From Orbicella franksi (taxonomy: Eukaryota), in assembly GCA_964199315.1 (NCBI GenBank), contig OZ116701.1:24242001-24306000 (forward strand): DNA of 64,000 nucleotides. Direction: 5' to 3'. Made by a program: the position numbers and the translations under genes. Positions 12,181 to 24,670 of this stretch are shown piece after piece. The notes under the pieces are model-generated. The model was not told where the DNA came from. It was given only the letters and a program-made list of their open reading frames with translations, and searched no databases. Positions within the stretch are counted from its first letter, which is position 1; each line of letters begins with the position of its first letter.

Positions 12181-15100
12181 AAGAGTTAAATGTAGGAATC
12201 ATTACATTTAAACACATGCAGACTGCTACTACTGGTATTCCACTTTCCAGGATTGAAAAACCTTCAAAAACCAGCACATCAAAGGTGTACTATACATGTA
12301 ATCTTTCAACAAATTTTAGCCCTGTTTCTTGGCATCTTCAGGACAATGTTCATTCAATCACAAGCTACAAAAGCATGACAACTCAGTGTCTTATCTGGGC
12401 CACATTCTGAAAGTACATGTGTAAAACATTCAATATGCTAATAAATACACCGCAGATAAAATAATCTTGTCATTACCGGTATTACCTTTAGACATGTCAT
12501 CCAACTCACGTTTTCTCTTATCAATTACAAAGTACCAAAGCAGTCCTTGAATTAGGACATCTCTACCACTGCAGAGAAGTTCAGGTTCCAAACCAGCCTC
12601 CATCATGTAGGTAGCTAGGTTTGCTCTTAGTTCATCTGAAATCTTTTCATCAGCATTCCACTGTTGTAACTGTTGTATCCAAACAAAGATCTGTTACATC
12701 CAAGCTTTAATTTAAAGTCAAAATATGTGTTTAAAATAAATTTGTCTTTTTGCATGCACTTAAAAAACTTGACCATCCCAACTGTGCTTTGAAGTGTAAA
12801 ATCTGTCATTACTTAATTCCTCATTGACATAATCCTCTAGCAATGTGTTAAAAAAATAAAGGGAACAAAACCTCAATATTATTTCTCAGTCCTTATACAT
12901 GTACTCTGATATGGTGGCATGTCATATCATCCTCTTGGATACCCCAGATTATGGTCCCAAAGACTTGGGTTCTTGTATGCTGTCTTCAGCAAGATGTCCA
13001 TGATCATATTCAGAGCAAGAAAACATGGAAATTGAGGTGTTATCCATTGATGAATAGGGAAGAAAACTATATGGGTAGCTTAAAAGATAGATGACTTTAG
13101 TGTACACGTAACCTGCACTAGCTTTCACTGTATTAAGCTTTAGAAAAAATAATTAGCAACTATTCCATGAGTACAAATGCTTGTTTTATTAAAAACACCC
13201 AAGGAATTGCGATATTTGAGCTCCCTGCCTGTTCTTCGCTGACACTTATACCTAAGGTACCATATTTGTGTTTCATGGTATATTAGCCCATTTCTCACAA
13301 TGGCTAAGCCAATTAAAACTCTGGAATTGCATTAACCAATAATCCAGTTTTAAATATAATTATTATAAAAGAAAATTATTTCAAACCCTAACAAACCTCT
13401 TGTATGGTCTCCCGCAGGATAAGATCAGGAAGATCCTCCAGTACTATTGGGGGAGGATTCTTTGCTAGGTCATCATGAGACCAGTAGTGCTTTGCCACGG
13501 GAGAGAGTCCATAAACACCAGGCCCTCCATGTAATATGGAGTGACCAATCATCTTGCCAATGGCGGTATATGCTCCCATCTGCTGCCCAATCTGGTTGTG
13601 TATGGAAAGTAAATGGTCAAGCTCTCCTTCAAAGAACAAAATGGGTCTCCCTTCACCATGAATTCCTTCTTGTAGAATCTTCATGGCACAGACAAAAAAC
13701 TCCCTAACTGGCCCCGCACGAACTCCTTCTTCACCTTCAAACCGCACCCTGGGTGGTACTCTCAAGTTCTTTCGGGGGTCTTTATACAAACCCAAAATAT
13801 CGTTTTTGAGCTCTTCATGTCCTTCCATTCTGCTGACAAAGAAACGCTCTCTTGGTTTATCCCTTTGCTTGTTGCTTCTCTGAAAATCTTCTAAGGCATC
13901 CATGGGACTTAAAGTCTGGGTATAAGTTCTCATCTTTTCTGGTGTTGTTTTTGACGTGAATGCTGGAGTCAAAAGATCAACGTCGCTGTCGTGGTCCTCA
14001 TAACCTAAAAAATTGTAATACAGCAAGAGAGGTAAAAATTACTATAATGAAAACAGTCATCACAACAATGAGTAATCATGTCTAAGCTGGCTGCCTACTG
14101 TAAATTTTGACTTCAAAAAATTAGGTATTTTGGTCCAAATGGCCCTTTATAGAAGGGGTTGCTAACCAAATTTGCTTGCTCAGGTGGGTTCAGCCGTATG
14201 TAAATAAGTTTTCCTGTAGCTGGATAAATCTCAATACTCACTATTAGGGATTATTTTTTGTTCCTTTTTTCTTAATTTTCTTAAAGAAATTTTGTAAAGA
14301 CCGAGCCGGAAGTTATGTTACACATAAGAGTGAACCGGAAGTTATGTTACACGTGTGGGGCGATTGACAGTTCAAAAATAAAAGTCCCTGGATTTTGGGG
14401 AGAAGCGCTTATGCCATCAGAAAAAAAAATTGTGTGGATGTTTTGCACTTTTACGGGAATTTCAATGGGAAATCTTGACTTTGTTGGAATTAATTTGGAG
14501 TGGAAAATTTATGAACCTAAGGAGAAACACTCACCATTTACCATGTCTGGTATTTCAAGAAATAATCCTAACAACTCCTGTGCAGCAAGGTTGACATCTC
14601 CATTGTTATTGAACAATGATTGAGAGATCTGCTGCAAAGCTGCATCTGGACATAACTCCCTACATCGCCAGTTGATAATGCAGAAATGGTGGATGGACAC
14701 TGAGTCAGACCATATTTACAATCTCTTGTCATTCTAATGATTGGCACAGGAAGAAATTAAGTCAACATTAATAAATATTGTCTATAATAGCTGCAAGATA
14801 CTTTCCCATCATTTTCCAGCCCTTTATACCTAGATGGGTCAGTACTACCACTCTTTATTGGTTGCTGATACAATAATAGTATGAAACAAATACCCAATCA
14901 AGGATAACCAACTTGTGATCATTTTCAGATAAGAGGTCACCACAACAACAGCTGAGTTATGATAGGTTATTGAGTTATTATCAGCATGCCATGTTACAAC
15001 TTTTTAGCAAGGTATCAAAAATTCTTTCAGATTGAGGACATTCCCAGAGCTTTCAATAATTTCATTTACTTTTCAGCCACAGACCTTTTTACCTTTTTTT

Positions 15101-17332
15101 ACATAATAAAAATTATATGGCAGCTTTTGATAAATGGTTCATGAGCCCATGTTAACTGTAATAATAATTTCTTTCAATCACACCTTTCCTCCTCAGATTG
15201 TTCTCTGCATCTATCTACTGCTGGACCTTCAGATACTACTGGTGCCTAATAAAATAATGCAAATAATAACAATGACAAAAACCATAACAATTATGACAAT
15301 AAGTAAACTGATTTAAACAGTTGATTAATAACTATAGTATCAGTACTGAAACAAATACACCAACCAAAATAAATAAAAAAAATAACAATTTTTTTATACA
15401 CTGAAACCTGTGATCAGTGATTGAGTCATTGCTTAAGTAAATCCCTGAGTGTATTTAGAATCACCTTTCTCAAAACAGGGAGTGCTGATGTTCCATCTCT
15501 GGAAGAAAAGTATATGTCATGAATGTTACACTTTGAAATCTAGCATACACTGCAGGTGCTATGTAACTATGCTGTAAGACGCAAGTACAGCTGGCTACTT
15601 TTTGACTATTTGAGGATAATCACTTAAGCTGGAATAATTAACTTTCTGCATCAGAGCATCAACATAGTTTGGAGAATTCAGTTCTCAAATAATGAATTAA
15701 TTATCAACTAATGCTCCAGTTAAGTTAATGTTTTGTGCCAAATTCAGTTTACCAAATCAGCCATAAAAAAAAAAGTACTGAAATAATATATGTTGCAAAA
15801 ATAAAGAAGTATATTAAATATTGTTCTAATATTGGGATTGAAGCTGAAGATTAATACATAATTTATATCAAGTCAAAAGGATGCACATTGACTTTTTCTC
15901 TGTACTTTACCTTGATAAAGCCAGTGGGGTCATTTTGGATTCACATACATCAACCTAAAATGTACAAGTGAAGTCATTAAAAAGTACCTCATTTAGCACA
16001 CAAACTCTGATGTGTGATCAAGTTCCATTGTCAATGGCACTTACTACAGTATTCACATTGTAATACTCAAAATCAACACTAACATTTAGTTCATCAACAA
16101 TCTATGTAAGGTGTACATGACTAATTCGACTGTTTTTAATTGTCATTGATACAATGGGATCATACCTTTTCATCAATCACATCTCTGAAAAACAAAACAG
16201 AACAAAAAATACTGAGAACCCAGTCCCATGTTTGTTTTTTAAGTTAATGTATTTTACATAGGTGTCCCCCTTTACAGACATTCTGATCACTGAAGCTGAA
16301 AAAATGTCACATTTTTTGAATACTGAATGATTAATATCATCAGGCAACCTTTTGGCTTCACATAATTTATTGTGTGATCCAAAAGTTTCTTTATACTCTT
16401 TAACCACCAAATGACTTCCATTCTAACCCCTATGGATAGATTCATTTACCTTGAGGATCTGCCTCCTCAGACCTGTTGGTGTTCTCTCACCTGGGCCATA
16501 GCAATCATCAAAGTACAGTTCAAACACTTAACCTTTGGAGAAAGCGCAGCCTAAAAAAAGATATATACTACTGATAATTTAACACCACGTAACACTTAAA
16601 ATATTTTCCCCATCATTCATAAATGTTACCTCAGGCACATCTGGCTCCTCATCTAGGTCAGCTTGGAGAGGACGAATGTAGGCAACAGCCTGCCCTAACC
16701 TGTCCTTAAGATGTGGGGCTGTGTAGCCAAAGGCCCCTGGATATACCAAACGTAGCTGCCTCTGACCACCACCTCCTCCTTCTGCACGGAGGACTTCAAA
16801 CCCACCTCCACTTTTCAGTTTTGGAAAGCGTTCCTCTAATGCCCAGGCCAACTCCTCATGACTTGCATTTTTCTTAATCGACAAGTGGGCTTTGCCCAAA
16901 CCCACATCTAACAGCTTACTTAGCCTCTCCCTTGATAGAGTGATATTTTCTTCTTGCAGGCCAAGCAAACAGAAATCATGTGTCCAAGTCTCCTTGGACA
17001 CAAACATTTTCTTGGCTGGGATATACCCAGCCATCTTTTGTTTTTTAGGGAGTGGCTGACCTCTGCTTGTACGGGATGAACACAATCCTGGAAATCTTCT
17101 CCTGAAAATCAATAAAACTTTTGGTTTCCAAAGCAGAGTATGATGCTTGTTAGTATGTACCACACAAGTGAATAGTGCTTTCCGCACAGGCTGATTGGTT
17201 AACTCGGAGTGATTAGCAAAGCACTATCTGAGCAGCCCAAGAGAAACAAAATGGCTTTGCCCGTCACTTTGTGTACCGAAAGTAATGTTTTGGTTCACTA
17301 GTTATTCAACTTGTGTGGTATATACTAAAACA

Positions 17333-17435
17333 ATTAGTCACCTCAGTGTCAGTGAAAGTGGTGAATATTTACCGAGCCGCAAAGTGGAGAGGTAAATATC
17401 CACCACTATTCACCTCCACTTCGGTGAATACTTGT
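17333..17435. repeat. Short palindromic interspersed element (MITE-like) in intron 1 of the HECT gene
   Basis: Arms GTGGTGAATATTTACC (17358-17373) and GGTAAATATCCACCAC (17391-17406). Confidence 0.55.
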
Positions 17436-18370
17436 TTATTATAATACAATAAACAGGATATTTCTTTCAACCATGCTGAAGAAAATAACAGATAATGCAA
17501 ATTTAAAAATTGCTCCTTCTTATTGGCACCCCTCGAGAATTTCAATGCTAGAAAGGACTGGGTTAGGATATAAATATAAGGGGTATAGAAACAAATATAA
17601 GCTTGTGGTACAAAAAGTGTAAATTCCAAAAGTACTTTTTACACCAGTTAATTTTGAGCTTTTGATCACTTAAAACTGCTTAAAATACTGATGCTCAAAA
17701 CGTCGCTAGCGTACAACGCTTGTATCGCTATAATCTGACAACGATAAGGGAAACAGCTGCATACAGACGCTCAGTGATACTTGGGCATTTTTATAAGCTT
17801 AACTGTTTCTATCAAAAATACAAACAGGAGAAAAATTATGTTCCATACATGACCGAACTTGAAGCTAGCACCTCTAGCTCAGATTTAGAAATTATCTGCA
17901 ATAAAAACACAGCGCCAAAAGCAGCAACTCTTTACTCGGGTAGTTTCTAGGGGCGCTTTACGATTACCTGAATTCCATAGGGGCTGACATCTTTGGAGCT
18001 TCCACATGCGATGGCGGCAGCTGTCGGTCTAGCGCGTCGCTTTCGCAAGGCTCCGTGCCTTGGGGACTGCTTTCCGTTTTCTCCAGGTGACTTACAACTT
18101 CTCTCAGGAGGGACTGTGTCTTGAACATCAAGTTTTCTTCTTCTGCCATGTTTTTTTTGCTTCTGCTATAAATTATATGTAAATATATGCCAGCACTACC
18201 CAACTTTCCGGCTCTTGTGTGAATCATGGAATGAGTTGAAACCACTTCAAACCGGTTGCACCCTGGGAACTTTGTGCCTGAATGCATTCTGGGAAATATT
18301 ATTTTTTATGATGAACCGCTGACCCGATAAAAGTGCTCCAATGAAATGAAATCAATCCAAAAGAATGATA

Positions 18371-18450
18371 GGATCCAATAACGTAAAGTCCGATCCAATA
18401 ACATGAAGTCCGATCCAATGGCATGAAGTCCGATCCAATGACATGGAAAA
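18371..18450 (-). repeat. 20-bp tandem array (4 units) in right TIR of IS3EU
   Basis: Reverse complement of the left-TIR unit. Confidence 0.9.
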
Positions 18451-21400
18451 TATGGTCCAATAGAATGACATACGATCCAATGACATAAAAAATATTGTCG
18501 GATAGAACAATGTTTGATCCAATGACATAGCATCGATGATCCAATGGCATGAAGTGTGATTCAATGGCATTTTTGTCCCAATTCCCCCTCCATACGAAAC
18601 TAACATAGTTTACTTGACAATTGTATGTCGGGCTTATAAGTGGAAAACGCTAAAAATTGTACACTATACGTAAATGACACTGGTTACTGTTATGGAAAAT
18701 CATATTTTAGAGTCAGCTTTGTATAAAGCAATGATTTTGCCTGATACCCTCTTGGGAACAGCAAAAAATTATTTAGAACAAACATGCTAAGTATAGTCTT
18801 CATTCCGTGCAATGGGGCATAGATAGAAGGTTCTGGAAGGAAAGACACCTTATTTTATACCACTGATGACAAGCAAAAAAGTCATGGATGCCCCGGTTAA
18901 AAATATTTAAATAACTCTATTAATTAATACCAGTTCTAATTTAAAGGAAAACGTTATGAGAATAAAATAAAAGTTGTCTGTACGACGAAGCATGCCTTCA
19001 CTGTCTAGACTGAGTCCTAAAGCTTTTTTAGCATGTATTCGAATATCTTATGACGATAAGCCTGCCAGCCACCCCACCCTGCGCCGTACTGTTTCCACTC
19101 AGCGGCTGGTCAGCGGTCACGTTTATGAGGTAAACATGGAGATCACTTCCTGATTACCGTCCTTGTCAATCAGAAAATCAAAATACCAGCATCATATTGC
19201 CTCAAAGATGAAGCAGTTATGTTGTTCGTACTTCTCATTCGAGTCGAAGCTTGGGTGGCACAGGTTATTTCTCATGGTGCAATCGACGAGGGGAATTCGA
19301 ACACCAGTTGTAGTGTTTGAATTGTTGCCGGAAGAAATGGTCGTATGGGGATGTAGGAATAGTAAGTTTAAAGAACAATTTCAAATTTTGCCGCTTGAAT
19401 TGAAAGTAAAGTGCATTTGAATTGCTTTCATATGTATTTCTCACGGTTTTAGATCTACCTGCTCGATTTATATCAAAATCGGCCAGACCGCTCTTACAGA
19501 GACACTCTCTTAAATGCTGCTGAGGATTCAATACTGAGCTGGTCATTGGCAGAGTTTAATGACTGGCCAGTGCCAGGGGTTGACTGAAATGGTTACGACT
19601 TGACAAAGGTTGTACTTCAGTGTGGGTTCCAGCTGCTGTTTCATACATATGATGTGAAGATACAATGATTGGAAATACAGCAGATAAATGTACTGGCATG
19701 GTCTGAATAGAATTCACGCATGTGTTTAAGGGCTGCTCTGGTAGGGCAGTTGACCACCTATTGTGGTCATTTGAGATACTGAGGCCTGAGGAACAATTGG
19801 AGTTGAAGAATATAGAATTCCACTCGATGGAGAAAGTGAAGCTGCCACGCTGTTAACAGGAGGCGTTAACCTGGATAAATCCGTGGATAAAGTACAGGGG
19901 TCATTTGTGGCTACTTTTACTGTGGTCATCTGAACCCTTGGAATATTTTGATCCGTTAATGGTTGCTTTGGAACTGTCATATCTTCAACTTTCTCTCTTT
20001 GTTTCAACAGCTCTCTCACTTGCTCATAGGGCCTGTCCACAACAACTTTCTTACCTCCTAGGTCTTGTTCCTTGGCTAGTTGACTTTTTGAGTCTCTCCA
20101 CCTTTTTGTGACACTCTTTGTACATTTTCTCCAGGATATCTACAACTTGCTTCAGTTCCTGTTCTCGCCTACTGATTTTCTCCTTGAGTTGTTCTGACTG
20201 ATCCTCAATCACAGATTCTCCAGGTGTTGTTCTGGAACCATTTAAGCTACTGTTGTGACTTGGACTGCCATTTAGGTATCCCCTGACCACTCTTCTGATG
20301 TCACTGAAGTCCTCTTCCAAACCTTCTAACTCACTCACTGCGGCGCTAAGTTTTGCTGAGTCGCCACCATCCTTGTAATACGCTTCTAAATTTTTGACTG
20401 CATGAACTACATCCTCAAAGACAGCAGAGAGAAGATTCAAACTTTCCATCACCTGCATTTTCAAAGCCATTCCTCCCTCCAAGGTCATCAACAATTTCGT
20501 GTTTGTTCTTGTATAAGCACATTTGAAGAAGCTAGTCATAAAAGGGGATAAGTGACGATTTTTGGTTGCTTTTCTTTTTTTGCTCCAAATTAGCTGAATT
20601 TTTGCATGTGGTCTTCAATGTAATAGAAAAACGTGGTTCTGTATTTTTGTCGCTGGTTTTTGCTTTGTTCTCAAGTTAAAACATATGCAAAAAACTTGGC
20701 TTTTCCTGGCCATGTCTTTAGGAGTCTATTTGTTGAACAGCAAACAGGCAGACTGTTTATAGTGTATGAAGTCAAAATCAAATCCCACAGCATATAGAGT
20801 GGAAATCTGGGAACAGATTGTTTACAGCGGTTGTGACGTGAAGACAACACATGAATTGATCGAGCGTCAAACAAAATACCATCAAACAAAAAAGAGATGT
20901 GCCGCATTAGAGCTCTGTCAACTAATATCTTAAGCATTGTTTTAAAGTACCTTGTATGCCTGCCTGGTGGTTGAGAGGCATCATAAAGCCTCAATAAACC
21001 TGTAAGTCATCAGCACGTTTTAAAGAATCAAAATGTGTTCTGAAACTTCGAAGGCAGCTGATATACTGTAATCGTGTTATTGGCATTCAAAGTCAGATCG
21101 AGCCAGGTAGCAAAGTCCAAGAGCAGTTCTTGCCCAAGAAAAATACCCTCTGGTGAGTTGTGGCCCATTTGCCAAGCGTTGCCAGTGTCAAAGTTTGGAA
21201 AGCGAGAACTGGTTTTAGACTTATAAAATTTGTCTTGTATTGACCGCCATGTTTTCCCACGCAACAGGTGTAAAGACCCTTCCCGGCATGCATTTCAATT
21301 ACGTTCTGCGGACGTTTCTCAAACTGGTAACTAGATTTAAACATAATAATGGCCATCAAGTAACGATTGAGTGTAACAGATCTGTGATCCAGTTTGTGTT

Positions 21401-21790
21401 GATTTTAGTTCAAATCGGCATGATTTGTAGTGTTTTGAGCTTCTGGGATCAGTGGACATGCAGATGTATGGAGACCCGTATGTTGCGCAGAAGGGTTAAT
21501 CTGTTAATCTGTCAGCCCTATTTATAGAGCGTTTTCACGTGGAGTCATCAAATTCGTAAATCCAAAACTAAACAGCCACCAAAGTTGTTATCCTCACCAG
21601 GCATAAGAAGTACCAGCGCATTTTGAACTTCAAAGTTATGGCGGTGTGTGACATAAAGCTACGATCGTGTTTGTCAAAAACTATGTATTTATCTCATGAT
21701 TTTTAGCCATTTGAGACGTTGCCCTATTTGGAAAAGTGCTTATTGAAATGTTTTTATTTGTTTTATTTTATCTTTATTTACACCTTTTTG

Positions 21791-22020
21791 GACCTAAAAT
21801 CAACATCATTGAGCTTATGCACTGCTTGAAATTGACATTTTGCTGGTTTCTAAGTGAAATCAATATCCTTGCCGTCATGCATTAACGTCAAATCAACATT
21901 TTAACCTATTTAGACCTGAAATCAACATCATTGAGCTTATGCACTGCGTGAAATTGACATTTTGCTGGCTTCTAAGTGAAATCAACATCCTTGCCGTCAC
22001 GCGTTAAAGTCAAATCAACC
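21791..22020. repeat. 122-bp tandem duplication
   Basis: GACCT(A/G)AAATCAACATCATTGAGCTTATGC... starts at 21791 and 21913. Confidence 0.9.
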
Positions 22021-22624
22021 TTTTTATTTTTTTTGAGCTGAAATTAATATTTTTTTAAGGTAACTATGGGCGCCAGAATTTGTGACATTTGTTCGTGCTT
22101 CTTGCTTCGCGTTTGGTGTTAAGTTTTGCGTAGTTTCTTTTGTTTTGTGCGCTTTTGTATATGTTATGTTCATTTGCATACTCTATAAGTTCAGTTCACG
22201 TGTAATTTATTTCAGTTAGTAGCGTCATTGGGTTCTGTGAGCGTCTCTGGTTTTCAGTTTGTCTTTGGTTCATCACATTCGTCTTGTAGGTTTCTTCGTT
22301 TATTTCGCTTTGCTGCTTTTCTGCATTCTTCATGTTCGGTCGTTGTTAGTTATTTTATGTTCATTCCCGTGTTTGTAATTTTGTTATTTTCAGTTACCGT
22401 GTTTCGATCATTGGGTGGAATAAATTTCTATGTTAACGGAAGATCCGAAACCAGTTAAAAGCGTGGGCGACTTTAGTAACACATTACGAGAAAAATCAAC
22501 ATTTTGCTGTATTTTTAGTGAAATGAACATCTTTGCGGTCGCACACTGACGTGACAACAAATATAAGTTTTTTGTATACATAATGTCTCAGAAACAATGC
22601 AAACCTCAGCAAAAACACATACAA

Positions 22625-23011
22625 AACATTGTTTAACACACCTAAAAAATAACGCATGCGAAATTTGATGCTTTTTTGACAAAGTTCACTTTTGAGCAAA
22701 CTACCTAATGCCCATTTCCACTGAGCCCTTCCCATAAATGAGACTGGGCTTTGTTATAATAAACCAAGCTGATCCTTTGTTATGAATCCTTTGTTATAAT
22801 AAACTGAGGTGAGACTTTGACTAATAACAAAGGCTCGCTTTGGTTTAATATAACAAAGGATTGGCTAGGTTTATCATAACAAAGGCCTTGGCTTCGTTTA
22901 TCTGAAGGGCTCAGCTGAAAAAGGGCGTTAGGTATTTTTCTCAAAAGTGAACTTTGTCAAAAACGCTCAAAATTTCGCATACAGTTTTGTTTAGGTATGT
23001 TTAGCAATGTC
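22625..23011. repeat. ~390-bp foldback palindrome
   Basis: GACAAAGTTCACTTTTGAG...GAGCCCTTC versus GAAGGGCTC...CTCAAAAGTGAACTTTGTC, with inward TTTGTTAT/ATAACAAAG repeats. Confidence 0.75.
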
Positions 23012-23417
23012 CCATAGTTTTTCCGCTAAACTTTGCTTCGTTTTTGGGATATTGCGTATGCATAAAACCACTCGGTTTTCCTAGCAGCGTCTTTATAAAG
23101 CGAAGCAAAAACCAGCTGCAAAACTACAGGAACATGTTTTTCTATTACATTGAAGACCACATGCAAAAATTCAGCTAATTTGGAGCAAAAAAAAGAAAAA
23201 CAACCAAAATCGTCACTCACCCCCTTTTACGACTAACTTCTTCATTTGTACTTTCCCTTGTCTCTCTTTAGTCGTTCGGCCATTTCAGTTTTCATTCCAA
23301 AATTCGTAGCAAAATCCAGGTAAAACAGGTCAACTCTTCTTGAAAGAACCTTGCTCTGCTACCAGATGTTCACCTGGATTGCTACTCGAAGCATTTGGTC
23401 CTTTAATTCAAAACAGT

Positions 23418-23681
23418 TGTTCAAGCCATGGCAAAAGGTCTAAACAAACACGGCAGATCAAGACAAGAAAAACCTTGTGATCACTACAATGAACTGCGCA
23501 TGTGCACACTGCAATTACATCATAATACTTCAGAAAAGCAATTACATAATAAAATCTCCGGAACATGTACACTGGATTTGTACCATCATACCTATTACCA
23601 GATTCTTGACCTGTTAGCCTGGATTCTTTTCTTGAGCCACTTGTAAGAGACTTTGAAGATGGATTCATTGAAGGTTCTACA
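23418..23681 (-). repeat. Possible 5' LTR of the BEL element
   Basis: TGTAGAAC...TTGAACA on -, just upstream of the gag ATG. No clear PBS and no second LTR in the window. Confidence 0.3.
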
Positions 23682-24399
23682 TATTTATATTTACCATTGT
23701 TTTAGTAGGATGATAAGTAGCAGGATTTGGCTCTGTACAGTTTGTACATTTTTATTAATAAAAATTGGGGTTTGTGGCTAGGTCAAGATAAGTTACATCA
23801 TTGATCTGAAAGATCTTCAGTGAAATTTACCGATAGTCAATGTTGTTCTTTAGTCAATATTATTCTCAATTAAATTGATATGATAACTTGTGTCAATTTG
23901 ACTTCTTATTTTATTATGCTTAGAGGATATTAAAATGTTAACTTTTCAAACTAGATGCCTTGCTGCAGTCGTTTATATACTGGGAAGTACTAGCTATATT
24001 GTAACTCAGCTAAATGTTCTGCATTTGAAGTCGGACAAAATTCAATCGAATTGATGTGCTCGAGCTATTCTGCCTTTGATTGCATTTCTTGGAATCGATT
24101 CAGTCAATTAATAGCTTATTACTTGTTTGCAGGCCTTCAGGACGTGAAATGAGTCAAGGTCTTTATATCAGCCTATAAACGTTTCAGTCTATTTTCCTTT
24201 GCCTTTGTCATTGTTGTTTTTTTGCATTTCTCAAGCAAGCAAGACATATTGTGTTTCAGAGTTATGGCAGTACGTGACATAGAGCTATGAATGCGTTTTT
24301 CAAAAAACATATACTTATCTCGTGATTTTTAGCCCATTCAGGAGTTCAAGCATTAGGGAAAGCACTTATGTAAATGTTTGTTTCTTCACTACAGATAAT

Positions 24400-24670
24400 C
24401 AATCGCCTTAAGTTCAGCGAGTACCTCAGCATAGATATGTCCATTTTCTGAGTTTTAACATTAGTGAATATGTTTTTTCTTGTAATAACCACTGCTTATT
24501 ATGATATCTATAGTATCATCTAACAGGGACTGAGACCATTTCGCTTTTCTTCCAGCTTTCTTTGCCTTTTTGTCAGCTTTCTCAGAAACAGAGTCCTCCC
24601 CATCTCAATCCTCATCCCCATTTTCATCTTCACCATCACTCTCATAGGACATCTCTTCTGGCTCCTGATG
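24400..24670 (-). pseudogene. Myb/SANT-like (trihelix) DNA-binding domain fragment
   Basis: Manual translation: acidic stretch, then KKAGRKAKWSQSLLDDTIDIIISSGYYKK...KNGHIYAEVLAELK, with stop and frameshift. Confidence 0.5.

Larger units (their letters stand above)
11285..18149 (-). pseudogene. Multi-exon HECT E3 ubiquitin ligase-like gene (G2E3-like) with UBZ-type zinc finger and CUE-like domain, inside IS3EU
   Basis: Exons 17968-18149, 16630-17101, 16450-16550 (C-x2-C-x11-H-x3-[C>stop]), ~14533-14670 (ELCPDAALQQISQSLFNNNGDVNLAAQELL), 13397-14004 (VRFEGEEGVRAGPVREFF...GKMIGHSILHGGPG), ~12487-12635, 11876-12079, 11285-11517 (FWTG...LPTSECCFMSLLLP...GFSFA*). Some small exons unresolved. Confidence 0.82.
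6542..18594 (+). mobile_element. Complete IS3EU-type DNA transposon (12,053 bp)
   Basis: TATGGAGGGGGAATTG...CAATTCCCCCTCCATA termini, perfect 6-bp TSD CGAAAC (6536-6541, 18595-18600), ~230-bp TIRs (about 10 substitutions in the first ~170 nt), integrase-like transposase inside. Confidence 0.9.
3473..19503. mobile_element. Non-autonomous DNA transposon with ~540-bp TIRs and 3-bp TSD (superfamily unresolved; Academ- or Pangu-like)
   Basis: ACT|GTCTCAGTAA...GGCCGATTTTG and CAAAATCGGCC...TTACAGAGAC|ACT. Left arm (3473-3502 + 4393-~4930) is the inverted homolog of ~18965-19503. Removing the element rejoins BEL gag. Confidence 0.75.
20525..23243. mobile_element. Non-autonomous DNA transposon with 4-bp ATTT TSD (Sola1-like)
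   Basis: ATTT|GAAGAAGCTAGTCATAAAAGGGG ... CCCCTTTTACGACTAACTTCTTC|ATTT, TIRs ~145 bp, no transposase ORF. Confidence 0.75.
19506..23283 (-). pseudogene. BEL/Pao gag N-terminal part (interrupted at 20525-23243)
   Basis: Removing the insertion and one ATTT copy gives MAERLKRDKGKYKCAYTRTNTKLLMTLE from ATG 23283, continuing into ORF 20051-20539. Further down, QQHL... joins VNIPKFAG at 3472. Confidence 0.7.

Noticed and set aside
11285-18149. HECT gene as an ordinary host G2E3 ortholog
   Set aside because: It is fully enclosed by TIRs and a perfect TSD, has no visible PHD/RING region, and has a nonsense codon like its partner transposase.
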